From positions 1-54,817 of the forward strand of contig CABRZO010000001.1 of NCBI GenBank assembly GCA_902475455.1: a DNA stretch of 54,817 nucleotides. The letters run 5' to 3'. Numbering within the stretch: position 1 is the first letter of the stretch; each line of letters starts with the position of its first letter. The stretch is from an uncultured Eubacteriales bacterium. GTDB taxonomy: Bacteria; Bacillota; Clostridia; Oscillospirales; Oscillospiraceae. Made by a program: the position numbers and the translations under genes. Under the pieces are notes generated by a model, which was not told where the DNA came from, did no database searches, and saw nothing but the letters and a program-made list of their open reading frames with translations. Shown here one piece after another: positions 1-8,793 of the stretch.

Positions 1-54
1 GTGAATTGCCCGAAGGGCAAGAGAAGCCACCCTGGGGTGTGTCCCCGGAAATGA
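1..54 (+). CDS. possible 3' tail of a CDS truncated by the window edge (...VNCPKGKRSHPGVCPRK*)
   Basis: Frame 1 is open from base 1 to a TGA at 52-54. Too short to identify. Confidence 0.2.
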   Translation: MNCPKGKRSHPGVCPRK

Positions 55-70
55 CGAAATCGAATTTTGT

Positions 71-92
71 TCCGTCCTCTTCGGAGGACGGA
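71..92 (+). other. 9-bp stem hairpin with a TTCG tetraloop (tccgtcctc-ttcg-gaggacgga)
   Basis: Direct reading of the sequence. It shares a CGTCC/GGACG core with the terminator hairpin at 138-166. Confidence 0.4.
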
Positions 93-137
93 ATTCTGTG
101 AAACTGCCTAATCTTATCGTTTTTCGACAGACTGAAA

Positions 138-166
138 GAGTCGTCCCTGGAGGACGACTCTTTTTT
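138..166 (+). terminator. rho-independent terminator
   Basis: gagtcgtcc-ctgga-ggacgactc is a 9-bp stem followed by TTTTTT (161-166). Confidence 0.65.
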
Positions 167-172
167 GCAGTT

Positions 173-1111
173 TTACCACTGAAAGGGGATGTCCCGCCGG
201 GGCAGCTTTCCCAGATCAAAGAGGGGGATCAGCTCCCGGGCCGAAATGGGCTCCGGCCGGTCCATCAGCCCGGCGCAGCAGGCCAGCCGGCCTACAATCT
301 CCTCCGGCTTCACCCCGGAGGCCCGGAGGGAGGCCAGGGTCAGATCCGCCTCCCGCTTGGACAGCCGCCGGCCGTCCGGGGCACAGAGCAGGGGCACATG
401 GCAGTACTCCGGGGCGGAAAAGCCCAGCAGCCGCTGCAAATAGATCTGCCGGGGCGTGGAAGTCAGCAGGTCGCTGCCCCGGACCACCTGGTTAATCCCC
501 ATGAGTCCGTCATCCACCACCACCGCCAGCTGGTAGGCAAACACCCCGTCGGAACGCCGGAGAATGAAATCGCCGCAGTCCCGGGCCAGATTCTCCCGGT
601 ATTGTCCCTGCAGCAGGTCGGTAAATGAGATTTCCTCATCGGGCACCCGGAGGCGCAGGGCGGGGCGGCGGGTTCTGGCCCGCTCCTCCCGCTCCTGCGG
701 GGTCAGAGTCCGGCAGGTGCCCGGATAGATGATCTCCCCGTCGGAGCGGTGGGGGGCGTTAGGGGCGTGGAGCTGGCCCCGGGTACAAAAGCAGGGGTAG
801 AGCAACTCCATATTCTGAAGCCGGTCCAGGGCAGCCTGGTAATATTTCCCCCGTTGACTCTGGTAATAGGCGTCGCCCCCGGCGCTGCCTCCCTCATCCC
901 AGTCCAGCCCCAGCCAGCGCAGATCCTCCTCCACGCCGTCGCAGAGTGGCCGCTTGCATCGGTCCGGGTCCAGATCCTCCAGCCGGAGCACCATAACGCC
1001 GCCCCGGGAGCGCACCGAAAGCCAGGCCAGCAGCGCCGACCAGGCGTTGCCCAGGTGCATCCGTCCGCTGGGGGATGGGGCAAATCTCCCCCGCACAATT
1101 GGCTCCGCCAT
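173..1111 (-). CDS. gluQ: tRNA glutamyl-Q(34) synthetase (truncated GluRS paralogue)
   Basis: N-terminus RGRFAPSPSGRMHLGN is a class I HIGH-like motif. Length is about 312 aa with no anticodon-binding domain. The MAEP start at 1111 is preceded by GAGGAGGGA. The longer ORF start at 1144 lacks an RBS. Confidence 0.85.
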   Translation of the reverse strand: MAEPIVRGRFAPSPSGRMHLGNAWSALLAWLSVRSRGGVMVLRLEDLDPDRCKRPLCDGVEEDLRWLGLDWDEGGSAGGDAYYQSQRGKYYQAALDRLQNMELLYPCFCTRGQLHAPNAPHRSDGEIIYPGTCRTLTPQEREERARTRRPALRLRVPDEEISFTDLLQGQYRENLARDCGDFILRRSDGVFAYQLAVVVDDGLMGINQVVRGSDLLTSTPRQIYLQRLLGFSAPEYCHVPLLCAPDGRRLSKREADLTLASLRASGVKPEEIVGRLACCAGLMDRPEPISARELIPLFDLGKLPRRDIPFQW

Positions 1112-1126
1112 CTTGTCCCTCCTCAT

Positions 1127-1156
1127 AAAACAGGGGGACAGCAAGCTGTCCCCCTG
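1127..1156 (-). terminator. rho-independent terminator after the TPM gene
   Basis: cagggggacagc-aa-gctgtccccctg palindrome. On the minus strand it is followed by TTTT (revcomp of aaaa at 1127-1130). Confidence 0.75.
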
Positions 1157-1165
1157 TATTCCTAA

Positions 1166-2221
1166 TTATCTGCGGCGTCCACCGCCGCCAAAACCGCCCC
1201 GGGAGGAGCCGCCTCGGCTGCTGCCGCCGCCCCCAAAACCGCCGGGACGGGAGCCACCACTGTGGCCTCGGCTGCTGCCACCGCCCCCAAAGCCGCCGGG
1301 CCGGGAACTGCCGCCGCCTCCAAAGCCACTCCAGAAATTGTTGGGTCTGGAGCCACCGGGCCGGGGACCTCCCCCGGGACCAGGACCACCAGGTCTGGGA
1401 CCACCGCCAAAGCCGGGCCCACCGGGTCTTGGTCCGCCGGGGCCGGGGCCGTAACGGCGCCGGTTCCACCAGGCGCTGCCGGGCCGGTGCCAGAAGAAGA
1501 TAGGACGGAACACCACGGTGGGGGTGTCCATATGTCCGTAACGGCTGTACCAGTGGCGGTAGCGGTTCTGCTCCATGGAGCTCAGCATCACATAGACCAC
1601 CACCAGAATCACCGCCAGGACAATCACTCCGGAGAGGACTCTGTTTCTCATATAGTAGGCGGCATAACTGTCAATATAACTGCCGTCATAGTCCGGCAGG
1701 CTGGCCCCGTCGCTGTCGGGGTTGTAGCCTCCGTTCTGCTGGGCAAGATAACTCTCCATCCCGGTGAACAGATTGGTCACCGCCGCGTCATAATTTCCGG
1801 CAAAGAAATCCGGGTTGACATAATTGTCCAAGTAGGATGCAAAGTCAAAATCAGTGTAATTGCTGCCGTTATAGAGGTAGCTCTGGTTGCCGCCAATATC
1901 CAGCACCAGCAGGAAGTCGTTGCCGTAGAGCTCCCACTTATTGAACAGCTCCTCGGCATATACATCCGGGTCCCAGCCCTTGAGGCTCTCCACTGTGGCT
2001 ACCGCCACATAGGCGGAGTAGCTCTGATCAAACTGGGCATTGTAGCTGCGTACGGTGTTCTCCGTCTCCTCCGAGAGGACCCCCGCCCCGTCGCACACCC
2101 AGTTGCCCGGGGTGACCGGCAGCATATCTTCCCTGGCCATGGCAATCCCAAATACGCTGGAAGCCAGGATCACCGCAATGGTGATCACCCAGGCCACTGA
2201 ATATTTCCGTAATACTTTCAC
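1166..2221 (-). CDS. TPM-domain membrane protein with a Gly/Pro/Ser/Arg-rich C-terminal tail
   Basis: Has an N-terminal TM helix. The TPM-like core reads VCDGAGVLSEETE...AVATVESLKG...FNKW...FLLVLDIGGNQ, followed by a second TM and an approximately 98-aa low-complexity tail. GTG start at 2221 with AAGGTGA 8 nt upstream. Confidence 0.8.
   Translation of the reverse strand: MKVLRKYSVAWVITIAVILASSVFGIAMAREDMLPVTPGNWVCDGAGVLSEETENTVRSYNAQFDQSYSAYVAVATVESLKGWDPDVYAEELFNKWELYGNDFLLVLDIGGNQSYLYNGSNYTDFDFASYLDNYVNPDFFAGNYDAAVTNLFTGMESYLAQQNGGYNPDSDGASLPDYDGSYIDSYAAYYMRNRVLSGVIVLAVILVVVYVMLSSMEQNRYRHWYSRYGHMDTPTVVFRPIFFWHRPGSAWWNRRRYGPGPGGPRPGGPGFGGGPRPGGPGPGGGPRPGGSRPNNFWSGFGGGGSSRPGGFGGGGSSRGHSGGSRPGGFGGGGSSRGGSSRGGFGGGGRRR
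1169..1463 (-). repeat. imperfect in-frame tandem repeats encoding (GGFGGGGSSR / GGPRPGGPG)n
   Basis: The protein tail contains repeated GGPRPGGPG, GGFGGGGSSRP and similar units. The DNA shows reiterated ccgccgcc/ccaaaaccgcc units. Confidence 0.6.
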
Positions 2222-2264
2222 GCGATCATCACCTTCTCAACGGCACACGTCCACCGGCACAAAA

Positions 2265-3467
2265 TCAGTGCAGCTCCATCAGCTTGCGCTTCAGCTCGCC
2301 CTCGATCTTGCCCAGTTCCACCTCGGCGGCGGCCCGCTTCTCCCGGCCCTCGGTCTGGATCCGCAGCACCTCGTCCAGGGTGGCGATGAGCTCCTGGTTG
2401 GTGTGCTGCAGGGTCTCGATGTCCACAATGCTCCGCTCGGCCTCCTGGGCGGTGGCCACAGTGCCCATCCGCAGCATCTCGGCGTTCTGGCGCAGCAGAT
2501 CATTGGTCATATTGGTCACAGCGGTCTGGGCCGCGGTGGCCTGACGGGAGTGCTCCAGTCCCAGAGCCAGCACCATCTGGCTCTTCCACAGGGGGATGGT
2601 ATTCACCAGAGAGGTCTGGATCTTCTCGATCATCAGGGTATCATTGTTCTGCAGCAGCCGGGTCTGGGGACCCATCTGGATGGAGATGATCCGGGTCAGC
2701 TCCAGATCGTGGAGCTTCTTCTCAAACCGGTTGCACAGATTCACCATATCGTTGTAGGCCTGGGCATCCTCCTGGCTGCCGGAGGCCTCCGCCTTTTTGC
2801 GCAGCTCCTCCAGCTCGTTGGCCCGGATGGAGGCCAGCCGCTTCTTGCCGGCGATGATATACATGGTGAGCTCCTTGCAGTACTGCTGGTTGAGCTCAAA
2901 CATCTGGTCCAGCATGGCCACATCCTTCATCAGGGTGACCTGGTGGCCCTCCAGCATCTCCACGATCTTGTCCACATTGGCTTCAGCCTTGGCGTACTGG
3001 GCCTTCATCTCCTCCAGCCGGCGCTTACCCCGCTGGAAGAAGCCGGACAGGCCGCCCTTCTTCTCGGGCTGGGAGACCTGCTTCAGCTCCAGCACCAGAT
3101 TGGACAGGGCCTCACCCACGCCCCCCAGATCCTTGGTGCGCACGCTGCTCAGGGCGGTCTCCGAGAACTGGGCGATGTTTTTCTGGGCCGCGGAGCCGTA
3201 CTGCATCACCTGGGTGGCATCGGTAATATCAATTTTCTCCGCAAAGGCGTCCACCGCCCGGCGCTCCTCCTCGGTGAGCATGCTCTCATCGACAACCACC
3301 GGATCCACCTGGGCCTCCTGCTGGGCAGGCTGGGCCCCCAGGGTCAGAGAGGGGGCGGCGGGAGCGGCAGGAGCCCCCTGGGGGGCAGCGGGAGCAGCGG
3401 CAGCCGCTGCGGCGGCGGTGCCCTCGGGATCCAGAGTCAGCTGGGGAATATGGGTCTGTTCACTCAT
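2265..3467 (-). CDS. TelA-family toxic anion resistance protein
   Basis: Characteristic TelA-like sequence (AFAEKIDITD...VMQYGSAAQKNIAQFSE...) and coiled-coil rich. The MSEQ start at 3467 has GGAGG 8 nt upstream. Confidence 0.85.
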   Translation of the reverse strand: MSEQTHIPQLTLDPEGTAAAAAAAAPAAPQGAPAAPAAPSLTLGAQPAQQEAQVDPVVVDESMLTEEERRAVDAFAEKIDITDATQVMQYGSAAQKNIAQFSETALSSVRTKDLGGVGEALSNLVLELKQVSQPEKKGGLSGFFQRGKRRLEEMKAQYAKAEANVDKIVEMLEGHQVTLMKDVAMLDQMFELNQQYCKELTMYIIAGKKRLASIRANELEELRKKAEASGSQEDAQAYNDMVNLCNRFEKKLHDLELTRIISIQMGPQTRLLQNNDTLMIEKIQTSLVNTIPLWKSQMVLALGLEHSRQATAAQTAVTNMTNDLLRQNAEMLRMGTVATAQEAERSIVDIETLQHTNQELIATLDEVLRIQTEGREKRAAAEVELGKIEGELKRKLMELH

Positions 3468-3542
3468 CTGTGTTACCTCCATTTATCTCTCAATCGTTGT
3501 ATGATACTATATTTTCTATGGCTTTAACGGCGGTATACCCGG

Positions 3543-4277
3543 TCACTGCCCCCCGGCGGAGATATTGCCCTGGTCCGCCAGGCCGTCACCGGTGAGCAGG
3601 CTTTGCAGCACCTTGATTTCAGCGTTGATGTCCATGACCTCGCCCTGGTAGAGGGCGTCCAGCTGGCGGTCAAAGCCGTCCACGATGGCCTTCATCACCT
3701 CGCTGATACGGCCCTTGGCTCCGTCGATGTTGATGCCGGAAATGCCGGCCTCGTCCAGCCGGTCATAGGCGTTGAGCAGCTTCAGGGTGGTAGGCAGATA
3801 GTAATTCAGGAAGCGGCGGATCTGCCCCTTGCGGTCGGGATGGGCCATCACATACTGAAAAATCTTGCCGGTGGTGGCCTCGATGTGGTCGATCTGCTGG
3901 GAGAGCACCGGGTCCTCGATGCTGTCGTTGAGCCGGCGCATCTCCCCCACCGCCCGGTCCCGCTCCTGCCGCAGCTCGGCGATCTCCGGGTCCTCCGGCT
4001 CCTGGGGCTGCTCCGGCTCGTTGGTCTGCTCCTGCCGGGACTCCTGCTCGGGCTCCTGCTTCTGCTCCTCCTGCTGAGGAGCCGCATCTTTGGCATTGAT
4101 CACGATGGTGCGATCCCGCCAGATCAGCCTGGACAACAGGAATACCGCTGCAGAGATGGCAATGGTAACCGCAAACTGCAGCGGCCGGTGGATTCGAACG
4201 CCAAAACCGGCCACCAGCCAAACCACCGCCACCAGGTAGACCGGAATCACGCTGCGTTGTTTTTTCAGCTTTTTCAT
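3543..4277 (-). CDS. xpaC: XpaC-like (5-bromo-4-chloroindolyl phosphate hydrolysis) family protein
   Basis: Two N-terminal TM helices, an acidic linker, and a C-terminal region resembling XpaC. It sits next to TelA, as in Bacillus xpaC-yaaN. The ATG at 4277 has GGGAAG 8 nt upstream. Confidence 0.7.
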   Translation of the reverse strand: MKKLKKQRSVIPVYLVAVVWLVAGFGVRIHRPLQFAVTIAISAAVFLLSRLIWRDRTIVINAKDAAPQQEEQKQEPEQESRQEQTNEPEQPQEPEDPEIAELRQERDRAVGEMRRLNDSIEDPVLSQQIDHIEATTGKIFQYVMAHPDRKGQIRRFLNYYLPTTLKLLNAYDRLDEAGISGINIDGAKGRISEVMKAIVDGFDRQLDALYQGEVMDINAEIKVLQSLLTGDGLADQGNISAGGQ

Positions 4278-4390
4278 CCCATTCACTTCCCGATATTAAG
4301 TAAACCTTTATGGGAAATATTCTACCGTGTTCCGGGTATAGTGTCAAGCGGAAGGGGACGGTCTCCGGTACATTTCCCACAGGGCCTATG

Positions 4391-4419
4391 ATTGACATTT
4401 TTCCTGGAATTAGCTAGAA
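4391..4419 (+). promoter_or_regulatory. sigma-A type promoter for ilvA (TTGACA-17-TAGAAT)
   Basis: TTGACA at 4391-4396, a 17-nt spacer, and TAGAAT at 4414-4419. Confidence 0.6.
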
Positions 4420-4473
4420 TATGATGTTGTATTTTATGTGGAATTTATCCAGAGAAAGGTGCGCGCCCGACTT

Positions 4474-5694
4474 ATGATGACCCTTGACAGCTTCAAATCC
4501 GCCCGGAACGTTCTGGCCGGCGTGATCAACGAAACCAACCTGATCTATTCCCCCGCTTTTTCCGCGGCCTTCGGAAACAATGTCTTTCTGAAGCCGGAAA
4601 ATATGCAGATCACCGGCGCTTATAAGATTCGGGGCGCCTATTTCAAGATCAGCACCCTCTCTGAGGAGGAGAAGGCCCTGGGGCTCATCACCGCCTCCGC
4701 CGGCAACCACGCCCAGGGCGTGGCCTATGCCGCCCAGAAGGCCGGGGTGCAGGCCACCGTGGTGATGCCCACCACCACCCCCATGCTGAAGGTCAACAAT
4801 ACCAAGGGCTACGGCGCCCGGGTGATCCTCCACGGCTCCACCTTTGATGACGCCGCCGCCAAGGCCCTGGAGCTGTCCCAGACCGAGGGCATGACCTATG
4901 TGGCCCCCTTCAACGATCTGACGGTGGCCACCGGCCAGGGCACCATCGCCTATGAAATTTTCCGGAATCTGCCCGACGTGGACCTGATCCTGGTGCCCAT
5001 CGGCGGCGGCGGACTGGCCGCCGGCGTGTCCACCCTGGCCAAGCAGCTCAACCCCAATGTGAAGGTCATCGGCGTGGAGCCCAGCGGCGCCGCCTCCATG
5101 AAGGCCTCTCTGGAGGCGGGCCATGTGGTAACTCTGGACAGCGTGTCCACCATCGCTGACGGCGTGGCGGTCAAAACCCCGGGGGACCTGGTGTTCCCCT
5201 ACATCCAGCAGAATGTGGACGACATCATCACCATCGACGACACCGAGCTGGTGGACGCCTTCCTGGATATGGCGGAAAAGCACAAGATGATCGTGGAAAA
5301 CGCCGGACTGCTCACCATCGCCGCCCTGGCCCATCTGGACTGCAAGGACAAGAACGTGGTCAGCATCCTCTCCGGCGGCAACATGGACGTGATCACCATG
5401 TCCTCCCTGATTCAGCACGGCCTCATCAACCGGGGCCGCATCTTCACCTTCTCGGTGCAGCTGCCCGACCGGCCCGGCGAACTGCTCCGGGTGGCGGAGA
5501 TCATCGCCCGGGAGAACGGCAACATCATCAAGCTGGATCACAACCAGTTTGTCAACATCAACCGCCAGAGCGGCGTGGAGCTCACCGTCACCCTGGAGGC
5601 CTTCGGCCTGGTCCATAAGCACAGCATTCTGGAGGCCATGAAGGCGGCGGGCTACGACGCCCACGAGGTGCAGACGGCGGACTTTTACGACTGA
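4474..5694 (+). CDS. ilvA: threonine ammonia-lyase (threonine dehydratase), short form with one C-terminal ACT-like domain
   Basis: PLP-lysine region ENMQITGAYKIRGA, glycine loop PIGGGGL, and a C-terminal regulatory domain. The start at 4474 was chosen because the predicted promoter leaves no leader or RBS for the ATG at 4438. Confidence 0.9.
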   Translation: MMTLDSFKSARNVLAGVINETNLIYSPAFSAAFGNNVFLKPENMQITGAYKIRGAYFKISTLSEEEKALGLITASAGNHAQGVAYAAQKAGVQATVVMPTTTPMLKVNNTKGYGARVILHGSTFDDAAAKALELSQTEGMTYVAPFNDLTVATGQGTIAYEIFRNLPDVDLILVPIGGGGLAAGVSTLAKQLNPNVKVIGVEPSGAASMKASLEAGHVVTLDSVSTIADGVAVKTPGDLVFPYIQQNVDDIITIDDTELVDAFLDMAEKHKMIVENAGLLTIAALAHLDCKDKNVVSILSGGNMDVITMSSLIQHGLINRGRIFTFSVQLPDRPGELLRVAEIIARENGNIIKLDHNQFVNINRQSGVELTVTLEAFGLVHKHSILEAMKAAGYDAHEVQTADFYD

Positions 5695-5730
5695 TTCCGG
5701 CGGGATCTGATCAAACAGAACTTTTTCTCT

Positions 5731-5757
5731 GCCTCCCGCCGCAGGGCGGCGGGAGGC
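5731..5757. other. GC-rich 11-bp stem hairpin downstream of ilvA, without a clear U-tract
   Basis: gcctcccgccg-caggg-cggcgggaggc. There is no T-run after it on either strand, so terminator function is uncertain. Confidence 0.35.
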
Positions 5758-6010
5758 ATCTATCAAAAAGCGGCGGCGGCCCACCATAGCCCCTATCGGG
5801 TTCGGGAAACGGGAGGAGGACGTCCGGCAGACCACCGGGGCGTAGCCCAAAGGCCCGCCCGGTCCGCAAATCATCCTATGCCGTCCCGGCGGCGTTGTGC
5901 CTGGCCACCCGGCGGCTTGTGGGGCGCTCCCCATCTTCAGTACACATTACCATAGGATTATGGACAATTTTGGACCAAAAGATTAAGAAACGAATAAGGA
6001 AGGGTTTGCT

Positions 6011-6655
6011 ATGATTAAAATTGCCCCCTCGATCCTGTCCGCCGACTTCACCCGGCTGGGCGCCAGCCTGGACAGCGTGTCCACCGCCGATCTGATCCAC
6101 TTCGATGTAATGGACGGCAATTTTGTCCCCAACATCTCCTTTGGCCTGCCGGTCCTCCAGGCGGTGCGGAAATACACCGACGCCTTTCTGGATGTCCACC
6201 TGATGATTGAAAAGCCGGATCGCTTTATTGACGACTTTGCCGCCGCCGGAGCGGACCTGATTTCCGTCCATCTGGAGGCGGACAACCCCAGGGGCATCCG
6301 CCGGGCCCTGGACGCCATGGAGGCCAACGGGGTCAAAAAGGCGGTGGCCCTGCGGCCCATCACCAGCCCCAACGCCATCCTGCCCTATCTGGAGGAACTG
6401 GACCTGGTGCTGGTGATGACGGTGGAGCCCGGCTTCGGGGGCCAGGCCTTCATGGAATCCCAGCTGGACACCGTCCGGCAGGTGCGCGCCCTCATCGACC
6501 GCTACCACCCGGGCTGTGACCTGGAGGTGGACGGCGGCATCAATTCCTCCACTGTCCGCCGGGTAGTGGAAGCCGGCGCCAACGTACTGGTGGCGGGCAG
6601 CGCCGTCTTTGGGGCCCAAAATCCCGCCGCCGCCATCGCCCAGCTGCGGGGATAA
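6011..6655 (+). CDS. rpe: ribulose-phosphate 3-epimerase
   Basis: Motifs IHFDVMDGNFVPN and VMTVEPGFGGQ. Length 214 aa. RBS AGGAAGGG. Confidence 0.93.
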   Translation: MIKIAPSILSADFTRLGASLDSVSTADLIHFDVMDGNFVPNISFGLPVLQAVRKYTDAFLDVHLMIEKPDRFIDDFAAAGADLISVHLEADNPRGIRRALDAMEANGVKKAVALRPITSPNAILPYLEELDLVLVMTVEPGFGGQAFMESQLDTVRQVRALIDRYHPGCDLEVDGGINSSTVRRVVEAGANVLVAGSAVFGAQNPAAAIAQLRG

Positions 6656-6699
6656 CCCCCGCCTTCCCCGGCAACCTGATTTGAAGGAGTTTTCTCTCT

Positions 6700-7302
6700 A
6701 TGCAGTATTTACCCCCCGCCATGGAAAAGCTGGTGGAACAGTTTGCCCGGCTGCCGGGCATTGGCTCCAAGAGCGCCCAGCGGCTGGCCTTTCATGTGCT
6801 CTCCCTGCCCCGGGAGCAGGCCGCGGAGTTTTCCCAGGCCATTCTGGATGCCAAGGACAAGGTGCACACCTGCCCGGTCTGCCAGAACCTCACGGAAGGG
6901 GACGGCCCCTGTGCCATCTGCTCCAGTTTCAAGCGGGATCAGAGCACCATCTGCGTGGTGGCGGAGCCCAAGGATGTCATCGCCATGGAGCGCACCGGGG
7001 AGTATAACGGAGTCTACCATGTGCTCCACGGGGTCATCTCCCCCATGAATCGAGTCGGCCCCGACGACCTGCGGATCCGTTCTCTGGTGGAGCGGGTGTC
7101 CCAGGGGGGCGTGGCGGAGGTGATCATGGCCACCAACCCGGACACCGAGGGGGAGGCCACCGCCATGTACCTGTCCCGGCTGTTAAAACCCTTTGAGCTC
7201 AAGATCACCCGGCTGGCCTACGGCATTCCGGTGGGCAGCCATCTGGAGTACGCCGACAACGCCACCTTGATGCGGGCGCTGGAAGGCCGTCAGGAAATCT
7301 GA
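6700..7302 (+). CDS. recR: recombination mediator RecR
   Basis: HhH N-terminus (LPGIGSKSAQRLAFH), C4 zinc finger CPVCQN...CAIC, and a Toprim region. Length 200 aa. Confidence 0.95.
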   Translation: MQYLPPAMEKLVEQFARLPGIGSKSAQRLAFHVLSLPREQAAEFSQAILDAKDKVHTCPVCQNLTEGDGPCAICSSFKRDQSTICVVAEPKDVIAMERTGEYNGVYHVLHGVISPMNRVGPDDLRIRSLVERVSQGGVAEVIMATNPDTEGEATAMYLSRLLKPFELKITRLAYGIPVGSHLEYADNATLMRALEGRQEI

Positions 7303-7370
7303 CGCAAGCGGAAAGGGAGAGATTTATCCTGAACAACTCATGGAAAAGGCTGCTGCGCCTGTGTCTGATC

Positions 7371-8789
7371 ATGCTGCGGATCGGCTGCATCGGCTTTGGC
7401 GGCGGCAGTGCCCTGATCCCCGTCATGTACCAGGAAGTGGTGCGGCAATACCGGCTGGTCTCGGAGGGGGAGTTCAACAAGGACGTGGTGGTGGCCTCCA
7501 TCACCCCCGGGGCCCTGCCTGTAGAGATCGCCACCGGCATCGGCCGCAATGTGGCGGGCATTCCGGGGATGATTCTGGCCTCGGTGTGCATTGCCCTGCC
7601 CGGCACCGTGATGACGGTGGTGGTGGCCGCTTTTCTGGCCATGTTCGGCAGCGCCATTACCCGGCAGATCAATTTTCTGGCCATCGGCGTGTCCGCCTAC
7701 ATCATCTATGTACTCTACTGCTATGTGCACTCCACCATCAAGGACGCCGCCGATTCCGGCAAGCGGCTCTTCTGTCTGCTGACCACCCTGGCGGTGGTGG
7801 TACTCACCGCCGGAGGCACCCTCTGCGACGCCTTGGAGCTGGACTGGGTACCCATCTTCTCCATCTCCACCGCAAATGTGATGGCGGTGGCCTTCTTTTT
7901 GATCTTTTTCCTTCGGGGCAATTACCGACTGTTCCATGTGATTCCGGCCCTGGCCATTGCCGTGGCCTATGTGCTGTCGGTGGGCAAATACCACCTGATT
8001 CCGGTCATGCCCTATAAATATCTGCTCCAGCTGGTGATGGCCCTGATGGCCGGCTGGGGGCTTTTTGCGGAATTCCGCCGGGAGCATCTGTCCGCCTCCG
8101 GCTCTCTGGTGCCCACCTTGAAGGAGACCGGCAGCTGGCTGCTCTTTCTGGCCCTGCTGGCGCTGCCCGCCCTGTTCGCCTACGACAACGGACTGCTGAT
8201 CTATGTGGGCAAGGGCTGCCTGTCCACGCTGATCTCCTTCGGCGGCGGAGACGCCTATCTGGCGGTGGCCACCGGCATGTTTGTCTCCGCGGGGATCATC
8301 AGCCGGGCCGACTTTTACAACAAGGTGGTAGCCACCGCCAACGCCTTCCCGGGCTCCATTCTGTGCAAGGTACTCTCCGGGGTGGGCTATTTTGCCGGCT
8401 ACCAGGCCACCGGAAGCATCGCCGTAGGCCTGCTGGTGGCCCTGGCGGGCTTTGCCGCCAGCGTGGCCACCTCCGGCTTCACCTTTTCCGTGGTGGCCTG
8501 CATCTATGAGCGCTTTGAGCAGATCCGGCTGTTCCACATCATCCGGGACGTAATCCGCCCCATCATCTCCGGGCTGCTTATCACCGTGGCCATCTCCTTC
8601 TTCTCCGAGTGCATGAACGTGGGCGCCAGCGCCCGGTGGCCTGACCTCTGCGCCCCCCTGCTCTGCCTGATACTGGCGGCGGGCTGTGCCCTGTTCACCA
8701 AGTTCTGGGGCCATCGCCCCCTGCGGATGGTGCTGCTGTGCGCCGGCATCTCCATTCTGATCTGCAATGCCTTTGAGCTCTGCTTCTGA
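7371..8789 (+). CDS. chrA: chromate transporter (CHR family, fused two-domain form)
   Basis: Two CHR repeats, GFGGGSALIP near the N-terminus and FGGGDAYLAV in the second half, in a polytopic membrane protein. The true start may lie upstream at a non-canonical codon. Confidence 0.85.
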   Translation: MLRIGCIGFGGGSALIPVMYQEVVRQYRLVSEGEFNKDVVVASITPGALPVEIATGIGRNVAGIPGMILASVCIALPGTVMTVVVAAFLAMFGSAITRQINFLAIGVSAYIIYVLYCYVHSTIKDAADSGKRLFCLLTTLAVVVLTAGGTLCDALELDWVPIFSISTANVMAVAFFLIFFLRGNYRLFHVIPALAIAVAYVLSVGKYHLIPVMPYKYLLQLVMALMAGWGLFAEFRREHLSASGSLVPTLKETGSWLLFLALLALPALFAYDNGLLIYVGKGCLSTLISFGGGDAYLAVATGMFVSAGIISRADFYNKVVATANAFPGSILCKVLSGVGYFAGYQATGSIAVGLLVALAGFAASVATSGFTFSVVACIYERFEQIRLFHIIRDVIRPIISGLLITVAISFFSECMNVGASARWPDLCAPLLCLILAAGCALFTKFWGHRPLRMVLLCAGISILICNAFELCF

Positions 8790-8793
8790 TTCC

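Noticed and set aside
1169-1463. Repetitive GC-rich DNA as a possible CRISPR array or mobile repeat
   Set aside because: The repeats are in-frame, imperfect and contiguous, with no spacers. They encode the Gly-rich tail of the TPM protein.
2055-3527. 490-aa plus-strand ORF, plus similar shadows at 30066-31640, 35123-36148, 46389-47609, 52595-53209 and others
   Set aside because: All are antisense to well-supported genes and have the characteristic G/L/H/Q/R-rich shadow composition.
5731-5757. GC-rich hairpin after ilvA as a canonical intrinsic terminator
   Set aside because: No U-tract follows it on either strand. It is reported only as a low-confidence structural feature.
4414-5934. 506-aa minus-strand ORF
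   Set aside because: Antisense shadow of ilvA, low-complexity and with no motifs.
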